In this document: positions 30,788 to 41,594 of the stretch, in pieces
How positions within the stretch are numbered: the first letter of the stretch is position 1
Layout: each line of letters opens with the position of its first letter
IMG/VR virus record: IMGVR_UViG_3300022178_000020
Direction: 5' to 3' (one strand)
Source: an uncultured virus (IMG/VR IMGVR_UViG_3300022178_000020)
Lineage: Duplodnaviria > Heunggongvirae > Uroviricota > Caudoviricetes
Length of the DNA stretch: 64,000 bases
Position numbers and translations under genes: made by a program
The notes under the pieces: generated by a model
What the model saw: only the letters and a program-made list of their open reading frames with translations
Database searches by the model: none
What the model was told of the DNA's origin: nothing

Positions 30788-32926
30788 TTATTGTAATTTA
30801 TAAGATCCTACTGTTAAGGCAGTTCCTACTTTTGTACCATCCAATGTAACCGTACCCTCTTTACCTAAAATAGCATTTAAGGTAGCATTCATTTTATTCA
30901 TTTGTTCTACTAAAGGAGCTATGTTTATTGAGGTAGGAGAACTTTCAGTATTGTTATTATTATTAGTAACAGTTTCAGTATTGTTATTATTTGTAATAGT
31001 TTCAGTTATACCCATTTGTGGGGGTGATACTATATCATCTCCCATTTTTAAATCAGTACCTGCTACTATAGTATCTTTATCATTTAGGGAAATTGCACCT
31101 TCAGGACCAAATAAGGTACGTTTACCGTATCCTGATCCTCCTTGTGATGGAGAGATAATATCGTCTCCCTGGAATGTGCCTAAAAGTGCTGCTGTTGCTA
31201 ATCCCGCAGTGGCTGCCATAGCAATTGCAGCTATAGGACCAAAGAAAATTCCTGTTAAAGCTCCTGCAAAAACAGCGGCAGCTATAGCAGAAAATTCTAA
31301 TATTCCTGCCAATTTTTCAGCAGCACCCGCTAATCTTTGTTGGACCGATAATGCTGTAGCTGCTTCTTCTGCTCCTTCGGCAGTTCGTTCCGTAAATTTA
31401 TCTGCTTCTGATGATATGCTTTCTTGAGTTCTAAGAGAATTAGCTAATTCATCAGCAGTTAATCCAACAGCATCCGCTAACGCTTGTTGTTGAATTACAT
31501 TCATAGCTTGGAATTCAGCAGCACTACCTACTTGTTTAGCTATTTCAGCGGCCGCTCCTGCTGTATCTCCATTTAATGCTAGTAATCTAGCTTGTTCAAG
31601 ATTAAGTTGTTTACCAGTTAAAAGTTCAGCTTGCATTTCAGCTTCAATACTTGATTCAAAATCAAGTAACTTTCCAGCCATTTTAGCAGTTTGCTCTACT
31701 TCTAAACCTAAAGCAGTTGCTTGAGCTACCGCTTTAACTAAACCTCCAGGGGTTTTTTCTAGGTTTAGTCTTAGGGCTCCTGATATTTTGTTAGCTTTAT
31801 CTAAAGCGGCATTTGTGTTTAAGTTAACTTTTAAGGTTTTTTCAGCTGCTACTAAAGATTCTAATTGGTAATTTTTTATACTTTCTAAAGAACGACCCGT
31901 AGCTAATGCTTCTTTAGTAACATTACCTAAAGCTTCTTCAGACATATTAAATCTTTCTCTTAAAAAGGTAGCAGATACTAGTAAATCTTCATCAAATATT
32001 ATAGCAGTACCTCCTAATGATGAGTTTAAATCATTAACGGATTTAGTAAGGGTATCAACATTAACTCCTATTTTGTTGCTCGTGAAAGCGGTCATAGCAA
32101 GTTTATCATTTAGGTTAGTAGCTTCACCAGCACTTAATCCTAAATTTTTTCTTAAACCTACTACTCTAGTATCTATTTTTTTAAGAGCTTGGGAACTTTT
32201 AACTAAAAGAGCAGTAAATATATCAGTGGGTTTAATGTTTGATAATAAGTTTTTACCTATTTGTTTAATAAAAAATCCTAATTTTTTAGAATTTGAAATT
32301 TCCTTACTACTTATTTTTAATCTACGACTCATAACATCTGTCATACGAGATGTTTGATTAGTAGCCCCCTCTATATCTAAAATAGAAGATAATTTTCCAG
32401 ACTTATCAAAGTTTTTTAGAATTCCATTTAACCCCCCCGTAAGTTTTCCTACAAGGCCTAAAGATTTACCTCTTTCATCATTTTGTTCTTCTAAATCCTT
32501 TAAAATTTTACGTTCTAACTTAATTTGATTTTGAAGTTCTACTGTAAGTTCTTCGCTTATTCCTACTCCATTCATCTGAAGTAAATTAATACGGGATTGG
32601 AGTGCTACTATGTTTTGTTCGCTTTTTTCTCTAATAGAAAGAATTTCTTTACTTATATCTTGACCTTTGTTTATCTTTCTTTGAAGATCAAGTTGAGTAT
32701 CCAGGCTACTGACTATTCCCTTAACGGATTTAGTTAAATCCCTTTCATAAGTTTTAGCTATTTTTTGGCTAATTTTATCTAACCCTTGAGCAGAGTCAAT
32801 AGCATCCGTAATAGCATCCGTAATAGTAACACCTAATGAAGAAAAGGCATCAATTAAAAAAGTGGTTTCTTGAGTTAATTTTTGAGTTTCTTCTCTAGCT
32901 CTATTGATGTCGTCTCCTGCTGCCAT
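30788..32926 (-). CDS. Tape measure protein-like
   Basis: Long Ala/Leu-rich helical protein with a hydrophobic segment near the C-terminus; follows tube and chaperone genes. Confidence 0.7.
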   Translation of the reverse strand: MAAGDDINRAREETQKLTQETTFLIDAFSSLGVTITDAITDAIDSAQGLDKISQKIAKTYERDLTKSVKGIVSSLDTQLDLQRKINKGQDISKEILSIREKSEQNIVALQSRINLLQMNGVGISEELTVELQNQIKLERKILKDLEEQNDERGKSLGLVGKLTGGLNGILKNFDKSGKLSSILDIEGATNQTSRMTDVMSRRLKISSKEISNSKKLGFFIKQIGKNLLSNIKPTDIFTALLVKSSQALKKIDTRVVGLRKNLGLSAGEATNLNDKLAMTAFTSNKIGVNVDTLTKSVNDLNSSLGGTAIIFDEDLLVSATFLRERFNMSEEALGNVTKEALATGRSLESIKNYQLESLVAAEKTLKVNLNTNAALDKANKISGALRLNLEKTPGGLVKAVAQATALGLEVEQTAKMAGKLLDFESSIEAEMQAELLTGKQLNLEQARLLALNGDTAGAAAEIAKQVGSAAEFQAMNVIQQQALADAVGLTADELANSLRTQESISSEADKFTERTAEGAEEAATALSVQQRLAGAAEKLAGILEFSAIAAAVFAGALTGIFFGPIAAIAMAATAGLATAALLGTFQGDDIISPSQGGSGYGKRTLFGPEGAISLNDKDTIVAGTDLKMGDDIVSPPQMGITETITNNNNTETVTNNNNNTESSPTSINIAPLVEQMNKMNATLNAILGKEGTVTLDGTKVGTALTVGSYKLQ

Positions 32927-32963
32927 GTTAAGGATTTATTATAAATATTTAAAAATAAAACCT

Positions 32964-33290
32964 TTATCGATATGTGGTTCGTTTTAAATGTTCTGGGGAT
33001 TTGACCTTTCCAGATGAATCTATTACTGTGGTTTGGTTAGGGGTTTTAGATTGGGATTCTTTAGCATTGTTAGATTTTTGATTATAATAATCTTTAATTT
33101 GCTCAAAAGTAAATTTTTTAAGCCATAAGGGCATATTATACACAGTTTCCCAATCATATCCCCCTTGCCCATGAAATACTATTTCATGTATTTGAGTAAA
33201 TGTAGACTTTCTTAAATAAGCTGCCTTACTCGAAGTCAGGATAAAAAAAGCGGATACCAATTGGGAGGGGGAAAGAATCCCCTCCATCAT
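32964..33290 (-). CDS. Putative tail assembly chaperone, C-terminal part (possibly reached by frameshift)
   Basis: QIHEIVFHGQGGYDWETVYNMPLWLKKF; overlaps the 3' end of 33226..33960 in the +1 frame. Confidence 0.55.
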   Translation of the reverse strand: MMEGILSPSQLVSAFFILTSSKAAYLRKSTFTQIHEIVFHGQGGYDWETVYNMPLWLKKFTFEQIKDYYNQKSNNAKESQSKTPNQTTVIDSSGKVKSPEHLKRTTYR

Positions 33291-33960
33291 CGGGAAAAAA
33301 AGTTAAATCAACGTCGGGTTGAAATTCAAGAACATATTTTCTAAAAGCTCTGGCATCTTTAGCTAGTAAGTAATTATCTACAAATTCTCTTATATCCTTA
33401 GGTTCCCTACTTTCCCCTACTGAAGTAATGATATACTTTAATCTTGTAGAACCATCGGGATTAGATTGGTTTAGTTTTTTAATACCTGCAAGTTCTTTTT
33501 GGATTTTTTTCTCATCACCATGGGATAGTAATTTAAAAGTGATGTCGGTATCTGTATGAGGTAAGGTATAACTAAATTCATTTACTCCGGAGGTAAAAAG
33601 AGATTCATCGAAGGGTTTATTTTCAATTTGGGTAAGATCTACAATATGAGTAGTATCTCCTACAGTAAACTCATAGTCTTTACCATACCCCAATACACGT
33701 GCTGCTATTAAAATTGCGTTTTTATCCCCAATTAATAAGTCATCATACTTAATACTTGAAACTATTAAAGATTGAAGAAGTTTATCAATTACTGTTCCGT
33801 TTTTAATGTAAGCAGAGTTGGTTAAAATATCTTCTTCCCTAGCAGTCATATACTTCATTTCTATGGTTCCGGAAGAAAGGGGGTTGTCTTTTGGGTATAA
33901 AAGACCTTTTGAAGGGAGTTCTACAGTTTCTGTAGGTAACTTTAGGTTGTCGAGTGCCAT
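33226..33960 (-). CDS. Baseplate hub assembly / tail chaperone protein (T4 gp26-like)
   Basis: LPSKG, MTAREEDIL, GDKNAILIAARVLGYG, C-terminal FFYP. Confidence 0.75.
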   Translation of the reverse strand: MALDNLKLPTETVELPSKGLLYPKDNPLSSGTIEMKYMTAREEDILTNSAYIKNGTVIDKLLQSLIVSSIKYDDLLIGDKNAILIAARVLGYGKDYEFTVGDTTHIVDLTQIENKPFDESLFTSGVNEFSYTLPHTDTDITFKLLSHGDEKKIQKELAGIKKLNQSNPDGSTRLKYIITSVGESREPKDIREFVDNYLLAKDARAFRKYVLEFQPDVDLTFFPDDGGDSFPLPIGIRFFYPDFE

Positions 33961-34000
33961 TATGGATAACTATTTGTTTGATATAAATATATAATAAAAT

Positions 34001-34028
34001 AAAAAGAGCGCACTTTCGTACGCTCTTT
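34001..34028 (-). terminator. Intrinsic terminator after the tail tube gene
   Basis: Minus strand AAAGAGCGTAC-GAAA-GTGCGCTCTTT followed by a T-rich tract. Confidence 0.85.
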
Positions 34029-34049
34029 CTTTATATTTTGTATTTTGTA

Positions 34050-34535
34050 TTAGAAATTCAATACACAGTAATCAGGTTGTACTGTCATTGAGATTTCAAC
34101 AGCACCCTCACTATCGTAATTGTAATCACCAAATGTTGCTTCGGTAATTATAGCTCCTTTAATGATCCATTCTGAGACTACATCACCTACAGGACCCAAG
34201 ACATTTACTGTCATATCCTTTTTATAGAAATCAGAATAACCATCTCGGCCTGTTACTGATTCGTGGTGTAATCTTACCCATTCCATTACTGATTGAGCTC
34301 CAGAAGGAGTAATTGCATCAAATAATGTCATTGATATGGTACCCCAAGTGGTTTTGCCTTTTACAAACCTTTGAACGTTAATGTGATTCAAAGGAATTGT
34401 TGCTTGGGATACTGAAACTGCTCCTAATCCTTTAATAAGGTAAGCGGGAAATCCATCTACATACAAAACAAATCTATTTTGTTGTTTTGGTTCAAACGGG
34501 GTGAAAAATATTTCGTTGGGATCTAATACTGCCAT
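34050..34535 (-). CDS. Tail tube protein (gp19-like)
   Basis: FEPKQQNRF, VMEWVR, TGRDGYSDFYKKD, LGPVGDVVSEW. Confidence 0.9.
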   Translation of the reverse strand: MAVLDPNEIFFTPFEPKQQNRFVLYVDGFPAYLIKGLGAVSVSQATIPLNHINVQRFVKGKTTWGTISMTLFDAITPSGAQSVMEWVRLHHESVTGRDGYSDFYKKDMTVNVLGPVGDVVSEWIIKGAIITEATFGDYNYDSEGAVEISMTVQPDYCVLNF

Positions 34536-34575
34536 TGTCGTGTTTTGTTATAAATATTACAAATTCAATTTCTTA

Positions 34576-36291
34576 TTATGCGGGGAATTCAGCTCCTGTT
34601 GGCAATACGTTGAAATCGAGGATTATAAATTCTGCTGTTCTGGTTGGCTGTAAGAATATCTGGCCTACCATTTGATTTCTATCGATTACATCAGGAGTGT
34701 TATTAGACGCATCCATTACTACCTTAAAGGCATATACACCTTGTCTTTGTTGCACACTTTCCATGTATGGATTTACTTGGGCTAAGAAGTTATTTCTAGT
34801 AGCTGCAGTATTTTGTTCAAATACTAAGTTGTTAGCAACTTGACCAATATAGCTCTTAAGGGCAATTAATAACCTTCTAACATTTACACGATCAAGTGCA
34901 GATGCTTTCTTTTGTAATGTCTTTTGTCCAAATACTACTGTTCCGGTTGCAGGGAAATTAGCAATTGGGTTTACATTGCTCTCGTACAAAGTATCTCTTT
35001 GTGATCTTTGTAATTTTCTTTCAGGACGGATTACTTGAGATAAACCTCCTCTATTAATACCTGCAGGTGCAAACCACGGTTCAGAAGCATTGTCATTAAA
35101 GGCATATACACCTGGGATTAATGTTGATGCTGGAACCCAATTAGTTTTTCCTGTATTAGGATTAATAATCTGACACCAAGGCCAGTATGAAGCTGCATAG
35201 CTAGAGTTAATGCCTGAAGTTTGGTTTGTGGTAGAAGTAATAGTAGATCCATATTTTGTAAGATCAACTACAGCGATCGCATCTCCTCTATTTTGAGTAT
35301 TAGCTATTAATGTGTTTAATACGCCAGTATGTGCTGCTATACCGTGGAACAATCCAGGAGCGGTGATTACGTTGTATTGGTATTCGTCGTTGTTAGTTAA
35401 CAAACTAAATGCGTCGCTATAATCCTCAGCTCTTAAGCCTTGAGTATTAGTATCAATTTTTTCATTAAATAAAGCTTGTTCACTGCCTGTTAATTCACCT
35501 AAGCCTTGTAAGAAAGATCCACTTGCAACTACAGGGATAGATTCTTCATAAGCAACACTTGCAGCGGACCCTGTGTTATTAAAGAAATTAGGGGTAGGTT
35601 GCAATACTTCACTTACATAAACATAATTACTTTTATTAGGATAAGATCCAGTTACTTGTAAATACTTATTTCCATCACTATCAGATAGGAGTTGTTGAGA
35701 ACTGTCACCTATTACTTTAGCTACATAATTATCTTGGAAAGGATCTAATGATACTCCGGCATAAGTTTCTAATACAGATTTGTCGTTGGTTAAATCGTTA
35801 CCCTGTCTAATTAAAAGATTAAAAGTTCCAGATCCTGTGTCTGAAAAAGATACTTCCCATCTTACATTGCTATCAGTTCCATTTGGTAAATCCCCATCAT
35901 TTCCTTCAACTCCCCCACCACTATTCATAATAGTACCTTCAGAAATAGTTTTAAGTATAAGAGATGTAGATGAGTCTCCGTCAATCCTGGATTCAGCAGA
36001 CGTAAATGAACCTGTTACAACTCTAGTTACCAACAAAGTATTACCTCCGTTTTGGAAGTAATTATATGCTGATACCGCTGTTAAATGGGAATAAACTTGC
36101 CCACCACTTACAAAAGTTGAGCCAAATCTATTTTGGTATTCACTATAAGAAGTAACTATAGTTGGGATTTCAACAGGGCCTAAAACAGTAGGGCCTACAA
36201 TTGCAGCTCCTACTTCTACAGGTTGTTGTGTGATAAATGACTGGTCGTTTTCTCTTGTGAATACTCCAGGTGATACTATTTGTTCTGCCAT
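34576..36291 (-). CDS. Contractile tail sheath protein (gp18-like)
   Basis: SPGVFTRE, PWFAPAGINRG, FGQKTLQ, LDRVNVRRLL, PTRTAEFIILDF. Confidence 0.95.
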   Translation of the reverse strand: MAEQIVSPGVFTRENDQSFITQQPVEVGAAIVGPTVLGPVEIPTIVTSYSEYQNRFGSTFVSGGQVYSHLTAVSAYNYFQNGGNTLLVTRVVTGSFTSAESRIDGDSSTSLILKTISEGTIMNSGGGVEGNDGDLPNGTDSNVRWEVSFSDTGSGTFNLLIRQGNDLTNDKSVLETYAGVSLDPFQDNYVAKVIGDSSQQLLSDSDGNKYLQVTGSYPNKSNYVYVSEVLQPTPNFFNNTGSAASVAYEESIPVVASGSFLQGLGELTGSEQALFNEKIDTNTQGLRAEDYSDAFSLLTNNDEYQYNVITAPGLFHGIAAHTGVLNTLIANTQNRGDAIAVVDLTKYGSTITSTTNQTSGINSSYAASYWPWCQIINPNTGKTNWVPASTLIPGVYAFNDNASEPWFAPAGINRGGLSQVIRPERKLQRSQRDTLYESNVNPIANFPATGTVVFGQKTLQKKASALDRVNVRRLLIALKSYIGQVANNLVFEQNTAATRNNFLAQVNPYMESVQQRQGVYAFKVVMDASNNTPDVIDRNQMVGQIFLQPTRTAEFIILDFNVLPTGAEFPA

Positions 36292-36313
36292 TTTGATATA
36301 TTGTTAAAATATT

Positions 36314-36568
36314 TTATTCCGTTTTTGAAAACATCCCCGATTCTAAATCGACGGTTCCGTTCCCATATTTTTCTGTTAAGTCTTGTCCTGTTTTTGTTTC
36401 TCTAGTTTGTAACTCACCCATAGCTTCTACTAATTGGTCTTTTTGCAACTCTAACAACTGCATTTGGTATTCTAATTGCCCAAATTGGGTAATAAGATTC
36501 TGTTGCTGGGATTGTAACTCTTTAATAGAATTTATTTCTTCTTGAGATAGTTTAATTTGTTCACTCAT
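36314..36568 (-). CDS. Small coiled-coil hypothetical protein
   Basis: 84 aa heptad-rich, ends EKYGNGTVDLESG. Confidence 0.7.
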   Translation of the reverse strand: MSEQIKLSQEEINSIKELQSQQQNLITQFGQLEYQMQLLELQKDQLVEAMGELQTRETKTGQDLTEKYGNGTVDLESGMFSKTE

Positions 36569-36635
36569 TTTTGATAAATATTAAATTTTTATTGAAACTG
36601 TTTGTCATAAATATTAACTTTTTTCTAAAAAAACA

Positions 36636-37559
36636 TTAAAGAAAAATATTTGTATCAGTATTTTGAGGATTTCTGGTGTCGATGGGTTGGTTGATTTGGG
36701 CTTGATTAAGATCATTTAAATTAGCTACAGTTTCTTGTTGTACGACAAACTGAGCTTGGCTGAATCTTTTCTTATCTACTGTAAGGTCTTTTTGAGGGAT
36801 ATCAGGAATGATATACCCCATTAGATTTACATCAAAATTAGCTCTAACAGTACGATCTTTCCCAGCACTTACTTCAGTTACTGTAGTGAAGGAATTAATA
36901 GTTGCTTTAAATTTAAATCTTTCGGGATTTCCCCAATATGAATCTGCAGCATAATTTACAGATTCAATTATTTTATTTAATTGTTCTACATAATATGTGT
37001 ATACTATGCAGCTATAAGTCATTTGAACGTAGTTGGGGACTACAATAGTATGAAATTCTCTAACAGGAACCCTATTATTAAGAATATTAAACTTATCATA
37101 CGCATTTTGTTTATTATAAGAAGTTTGCGAATAAGCTACGTTAACCGGGTGGTTAGCATCCAATTTATTATACTGCCCCTTAATAGGAGTAAGTGAATTA
37201 CGTTTAAACATAATTACAGGAGACATAAGTTTACCTCTCTGGTCTCTCATGTATCCATCACGTTGGACTGTTTTCCATCTTTCAGGAGAACCATATATTA
37301 AAGGAACTTCAATACGTTGTCCATTTTGCATTACAAAAGGTTTAATAACGTTTTGGAAGTAATACATTATAGACTCATCTATATCCTTAATGCCTACTGA
37401 AAAAGGCTTAGCAGTGTCATCTCTAAGAGATGTTTTATTACCTCTATTTAAATCTTGAGGTTGGTTTGGATTACCCCTTGCAGTATCAAAGGGTTCAATA
37501 AAGCTATTAGCTATCTCTGCTTGAGTTTTTGGTATTGGTATTCTTCCTTGTGTAGCCAT
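36636..37559 (-). CDS. Putative tail terminator / sheath stabiliser (gp15-like)
   Basis: VPLIYGSPERW, EQLNKIIE; lies between neck and sheath genes. Confidence 0.6.
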   Translation of the reverse strand: MATQGRIPIPKTQAEIANSFIEPFDTARGNPNQPQDLNRGNKTSLRDDTAKPFSVGIKDIDESIMYYFQNVIKPFVMQNGQRIEVPLIYGSPERWKTVQRDGYMRDQRGKLMSPVIMFKRNSLTPIKGQYNKLDANHPVNVAYSQTSYNKQNAYDKFNILNNRVPVREFHTIVVPNYVQMTYSCIVYTYYVEQLNKIIESVNYAADSYWGNPERFKFKATINSFTTVTEVSAGKDRTVRANFDVNLMGYIIPDIPQKDLTVDKKRFSQAQFVVQQETVANLNDLNQAQINQPIDTRNPQNTDTNIFL

Positions 37560-38071
37560 TATAATCTTTCTTTAGTTATGCCGGGTTTATCACCAGGGAC
37601 ATAATGAGTTTCACAAATAATAGAAAAATTAGATCCAAAAATTTCTAAGCCTGGGTTGAGTGGATTTACATTATATGGGTAATCCGGGTCTTTACCTACA
37701 ATAAATTGGTTAGCATTAGTGTTTTCTATCTCATAGTAACCTCCATAATATAAAATTATATCTCCTACTTCGGGAACTAATTTGGCATCTTGTAAATCTT
37801 CACGAAGAAATCTAAAGGTAATGGGCCATTCAAAATCAGGAAGACCCATATCATCTATGGGGTTTGCTTGGACTTGTCTTTCAATTAAACAATTGAATAA
37901 AACCGGCCCATCGTAATACTTATCTTCAGCAGATTCACCATATATGTTTATAGTAGTCTGGTTTAGGTTATATTTGTAAAATGCACATTCTTGGGTTATA
38001 ATATTCCCTAACAACTCTCTATTGACAGTTGTAAATAAATTTACATCTCGTGTTCGTCCAAAAAATGCCAT
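37559..38071 (-). CDS. Putative neck / head-closure protein (gp14-like)
   Basis: NIYGES, PEVGDII, YYEI; synteny. Confidence 0.6.
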   Translation of the reverse strand: MAFFGRTRDVNLFTTVNRELLGNIITQECAFYKYNLNQTTINIYGESAEDKYYDGPVLFNCLIERQVQANPIDDMGLPDFEWPITFRFLREDLQDAKLVPEVGDIILYYGGYYEIENTNANQFIVGKDPDYPYNVNPLNPGLEIFGSNFSIICETHYVPGDKPGITKERL

Positions 38072-39225
38072 TAGCCTATAAAGATTGTCCAGGGTGCTGC
38101 ACTAAGATCCTTTTGTATAAACTCGGCGTTTGCTGCTTTCTTTTCTAATAACCTATTTCTTGATGTTTCTTCTAGATATGCTCTTAATCTTTCAATTAAA
38201 GCTGTTTTATCTGTAGTGGCGGATTGGATTAGATCTGCCTGGTTGAGGGTTACTTCAGCTCCCGGGATAGGTACTGTTGTATATTTACCTCTTACATAAC
38301 CTAATATTTCTTTAGATAGAGCTAAAGTGTATTCAAATATCCATTGTCTGCCAATAGAATTAATGTATGAATAAGTTGGATTTGTATAGGGTACTGTGGA
38401 GATATCTGTTACTACTCCTATTCCCATACTTCCAGATACTACTGCCCTATTTCTATCAGTTTTTAAAATGTATTTAAAACGTAGCTTTCCGGGACCATTA
38501 GGAATAGGGAATATTCTTAGTTGATTATTTATTAATTCAAAACTATAGTTAGATCTTCTAATAGTATCATTAAGCTCAATAGCTTGTAAGACTTGTAAGT
38601 CATAGTTAATGGGCATCATCATGAAATTGATACCCGGAGACATGTTTCCAAATCCGAATTGGTCCATCATCCCTCCTACATCAGAACCTCCAACACCTGC
38701 GTAGGGGTCAAAGAATCTTACAATAGCGGGAGTAGATTCATAAAATATTTGTTTAATTTCTAAATTGCCTGCTTCTATACCTGAACCCGTTGCCCAGGCT
38801 GTCATGTCATAAGTTTGAACATTAGCTGATAGATCGAGGCTACCATCTCTCCAAGTTACAGTACCTCCTACACCTGCTTCTTCACCATATTGTTCAGATA
38901 AACGAACAATTCCTGCTAAGTTAGGTTGTTGTAGTTTATAATTTAATAGTGATCCCGTTGTCGACCCCTCTAGTGAGAGATAGTTTTCACTCGCTTGAAA
39001 CGCGTATACTTCATTACCATACGTGGTTACTGCTTCCTCAAACGCAGCATAAAAGCTAATATCTTGCAATTCAACATCTGTTAAAGGGTATCCTAAACGG
39101 CGAGCACAAAATACAGATACGGCATCAGCATCAGTTTGGAATTCAACATCACTGTCATAAAAACCGAATGGTGTTTCACCCGGGGCAAATGAAGATGAAC
39201 CGGGCCAGATGGGAGTATTGGGCAT
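38071..39225 (-). CDS. Putative neck protein (gp13-like)
   Basis: RRLGYPLTDVEL, WIFEYTLALSKEILGYVRGKY, PIPGAEVTLN. Confidence 0.7.
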   Translation of the reverse strand: MPNTPIWPGSSSFAPGETPFGFYDSDVEFQTDADAVSVFCARRLGYPLTDVELQDISFYAAFEEAVTTYGNEVYAFQASENYLSLEGSTTGSLLNYKLQQPNLAGIVRLSEQYGEEAGVGGTVTWRDGSLDLSANVQTYDMTAWATGSGIEAGNLEIKQIFYESTPAIVRFFDPYAGVGGSDVGGMMDQFGFGNMSPGINFMMMPINYDLQVLQAIELNDTIRRSNYSFELINNQLRIFPIPNGPGKLRFKYILKTDRNRAVVSGSMGIGVVTDISTVPYTNPTYSYINSIGRQWIFEYTLALSKEILGYVRGKYTTVPIPGAEVTLNQADLIQSATTDKTALIERLRAYLEETSRNRLLEKKAANAEFIQKDLSAAPWTIFIG

Positions 39226-39285
39226 GTTGTTTTGTTATAAATATAGCAGGATTTTAAAGGAGGTTAGGTTTTAATTATTTATAAA

Positions 39286-39561
39286 TTAAATAGGGTACCA
39301 TTCATTAGGATTAGGAGGGTAAGGGATACGTACGTCATCTCTCCAATACCAATCACTAATCCCATTAATCAATTCAATATAATCAGCAAGGGATTGTTCA
39401 TCATTAAAAATACTTAAAAATTGTTGACCTGTGGTTAATGTTTGTTCAGGTTCTATATAACCAATTTGTTGGGGTGTTAGCTCAATTCCATTAGAATATG
39501 CAACCCAAAATTTGGGTCCTGTTTCTTCTGTGCATTGGAAAGTAGTAGTAGTTAATTGCAT
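39286..39561 (-). CDS. Hypothetical protein
   Basis: 91-aa ORF downstream of the DUF285 gene. Confidence 0.6.
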   Translation of the reverse strand: MQLTTTTFQCTEETGPKFWVAYSNGIELTPQQIGYIEPEQTLTTGQQFLSIFNDEQSLADYIELINGISDWYWRDDVRIPYPPNPNEWYPI

Positions 39562-39576
39562 TTTTTAATTTAAAGA

Positions 39577-41592
39577 TTATTGACCATTATCACCCGCATC
39601 TAAAATAGTCCACCCGTAAGTACCGGTAAGAGTGTTTCGTGCAGAACTTGCAATGGATCCTGAGTATTGGGTTAAATTAGCCTCAAGGGTTACATTAGAT
39701 TGTATATTAGGAGCTTGGGCAGCCCATCCTATAAGAATATTACTATAGTTTTCGTCTGAAAGGTTAGGTACATTTCTAAACATTCTAGACATATTAGTTA
39801 CACCACTTATATCCCAACTTCCTAAATCTTGGTTAAATCCAGTTCCTGTAGGGGCACCAAATCCTGCTCTAAAAAACATATCTTGAAATGTAGTAGCGGC
39901 ACTTGTGTTCCAATTAGATATATCTTGATCAAAATCACGACAATCATAAAACATACTAGTAAAATTAGTAACATTAGATACATCCCAACTGCTAATATCT
40001 TGATCAAAAGCATCGGCATTATAAAATACCCGTTGCATACTTGTTAAATTACTTACATCCCAACTTGATATATCCTGATTAAAAGATGTTGCATTAAAAA
40101 ATATAGTATCTATAGTAGAAACATTACTAATAGAACTTGACCAACTTGTGAGGGGTTGATCAAAATTAGTACAACCATTAAACATTCCATAAAGAGAACC
40201 CCCAGAAATATTCCAATTATCAATATTTTGGTTAAAGCTAGAACAATTTTCAAACATTTCAAAAAATGTAGTTCCGCTAGAAACATCCCAAGTTGTAACA
40301 TTTCCATTAAAAGCAGTGGCACCTGTAAAAACTTCAGTAAAATTAGTAATGTTACTCACATCCCACCCTGAAAGGCTTTGGTTAAATGATGTAGCTCCTT
40401 GGAACATTCTACGCATAGAAGTAGCAGTAGAACTTAAAGTCCAATTACCTATGGGTTGGTTAAATACGGGGGCGAAATTAAACATAAATTCATAGGTTGA
40501 CGCGCTACTGACATCCCAATTTGATATATCAGCATTGAATATAGGATTTTCTTGAATAAATCTTAGGAAATCTGTAACATTACTCACATCCCATAAAGAA
40601 ACATCAGGATTGAATGATATTCCTGCAAACATGTAACTCATAGCTGTTAAAGAACCCACATCCCAACTACTAATATCTTGATTGAATGAGGAGGCATTTA
40701 GGAACATGGACCTCATATCCGTTACACTACTTACATCCCAACCTGAAATATCCTGGTTAAATGAAGTAGCTCCGTTGAACATCGCATTCATTCTAGTTAT
40801 TAAACTTGTATTAAAATTTACAATCTCGGGATTATTATAAACAGTATTTCCGGCAAATAGTGAGTTAAATGAAGTTACATTACTAATGTCCCAATTAGAT
40901 ATAGATCCTGTAAATTGGGTATCTTGAAATACTCCCTCCATTGCGTATGGGGGTGAAGTACTTGAAAGTCCTATGGTAGCATGAAAATTAATATTTGGGT
41001 TGTCAGATCCTTGTGCAAATTGTCTAAAGTCTCCTGTTATAGGGCTCCCAGAAGTACCCCAAGAAGTAAAATCACCTACAAGAGAATTATTATTTATAAA
41101 GGTTTGATAATTACCACCTCGAGGAATATCTTTAGATCCAAAATTAGGAACATCCGTAGCAGTCATATACCAGTTTTCACAATTTTGAAAAATTTTATCA
41201 GAAAGATATATTTTTACAGGACCCCAAGATTTTACATTTATTAATTTAAGCCTATCATTAGCAGCAGTTGCTGTACTGCCATCTTGGGCTGCCCATGAAA
41301 TATGGTCAACCCCATTAGAAATATTTTCAGAAATAATGATATCATATATCCCAACAGAATTATACGTGTGAACAACTTCAGATTGATTCCAAGAAGTGAT
41401 ATTATCAGAGGTACCATCACCCCAAGAAACACTAAAATCATAAGTTCCTGTAGATATTGTGGGAAGTCTATATTGAAATATTGTGGTACTTCCAACTTCA
41501 GTATTTCTAGTATCTATAGTAAAATTAAAAGGTAAAACATTTGTTGATGTTCTTGGATAAGCGGCAGCAGATAATTCAAAAAGAAAAGCCAT
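39577..41592 (-). CDS. BspA/DUF285-type leucine-rich-repeat surface protein with an N-terminal PKD-like domain
   Basis: Many ~25-aa FNQDISSWDVSNVTxMxxMF repeats; VSWGDG PKD motif; ATG at 41592. Confidence 0.88.
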   Translation of the reverse strand: MAFLFELSAAAYPRTSTNVLPFNFTIDTRNTEVGSTTIFQYRLPTISTGTYDFSVSWGDGTSDNITSWNQSEVVHTYNSVGIYDIIISENISNGVDHISWAAQDGSTATAANDRLKLINVKSWGPVKIYLSDKIFQNCENWYMTATDVPNFGSKDIPRGGNYQTFINNNSLVGDFTSWGTSGSPITGDFRQFAQGSDNPNINFHATIGLSSTSPPYAMEGVFQDTQFTGSISNWDISNVTSFNSLFAGNTVYNNPEIVNFNTSLITRMNAMFNGATSFNQDISGWDVSSVTDMRSMFLNASSFNQDISSWDVGSLTAMSYMFAGISFNPDVSLWDVSNVTDFLRFIQENPIFNADISNWDVSSASTYEFMFNFAPVFNQPIGNWTLSSTATSMRRMFQGATSFNQSLSGWDVSNITNFTEVFTGATAFNGNVTTWDVSSGTTFFEMFENCSSFNQNIDNWNISGGSLYGMFNGCTNFDQPLTSWSSSISNVSTIDTIFFNATSFNQDISSWDVSNLTSMQRVFYNADAFDQDISSWDVSNVTNFTSMFYDCRDFDQDISNWNTSAATTFQDMFFRAGFGAPTGTGFNQDLGSWDISGVTNMSRMFRNVPNLSDENYSNILIGWAAQAPNIQSNVTLEANLTQYSGSIASSARNTLTGTYGWTILDAGDNGQ

Positions 41593-41594
41593 TA

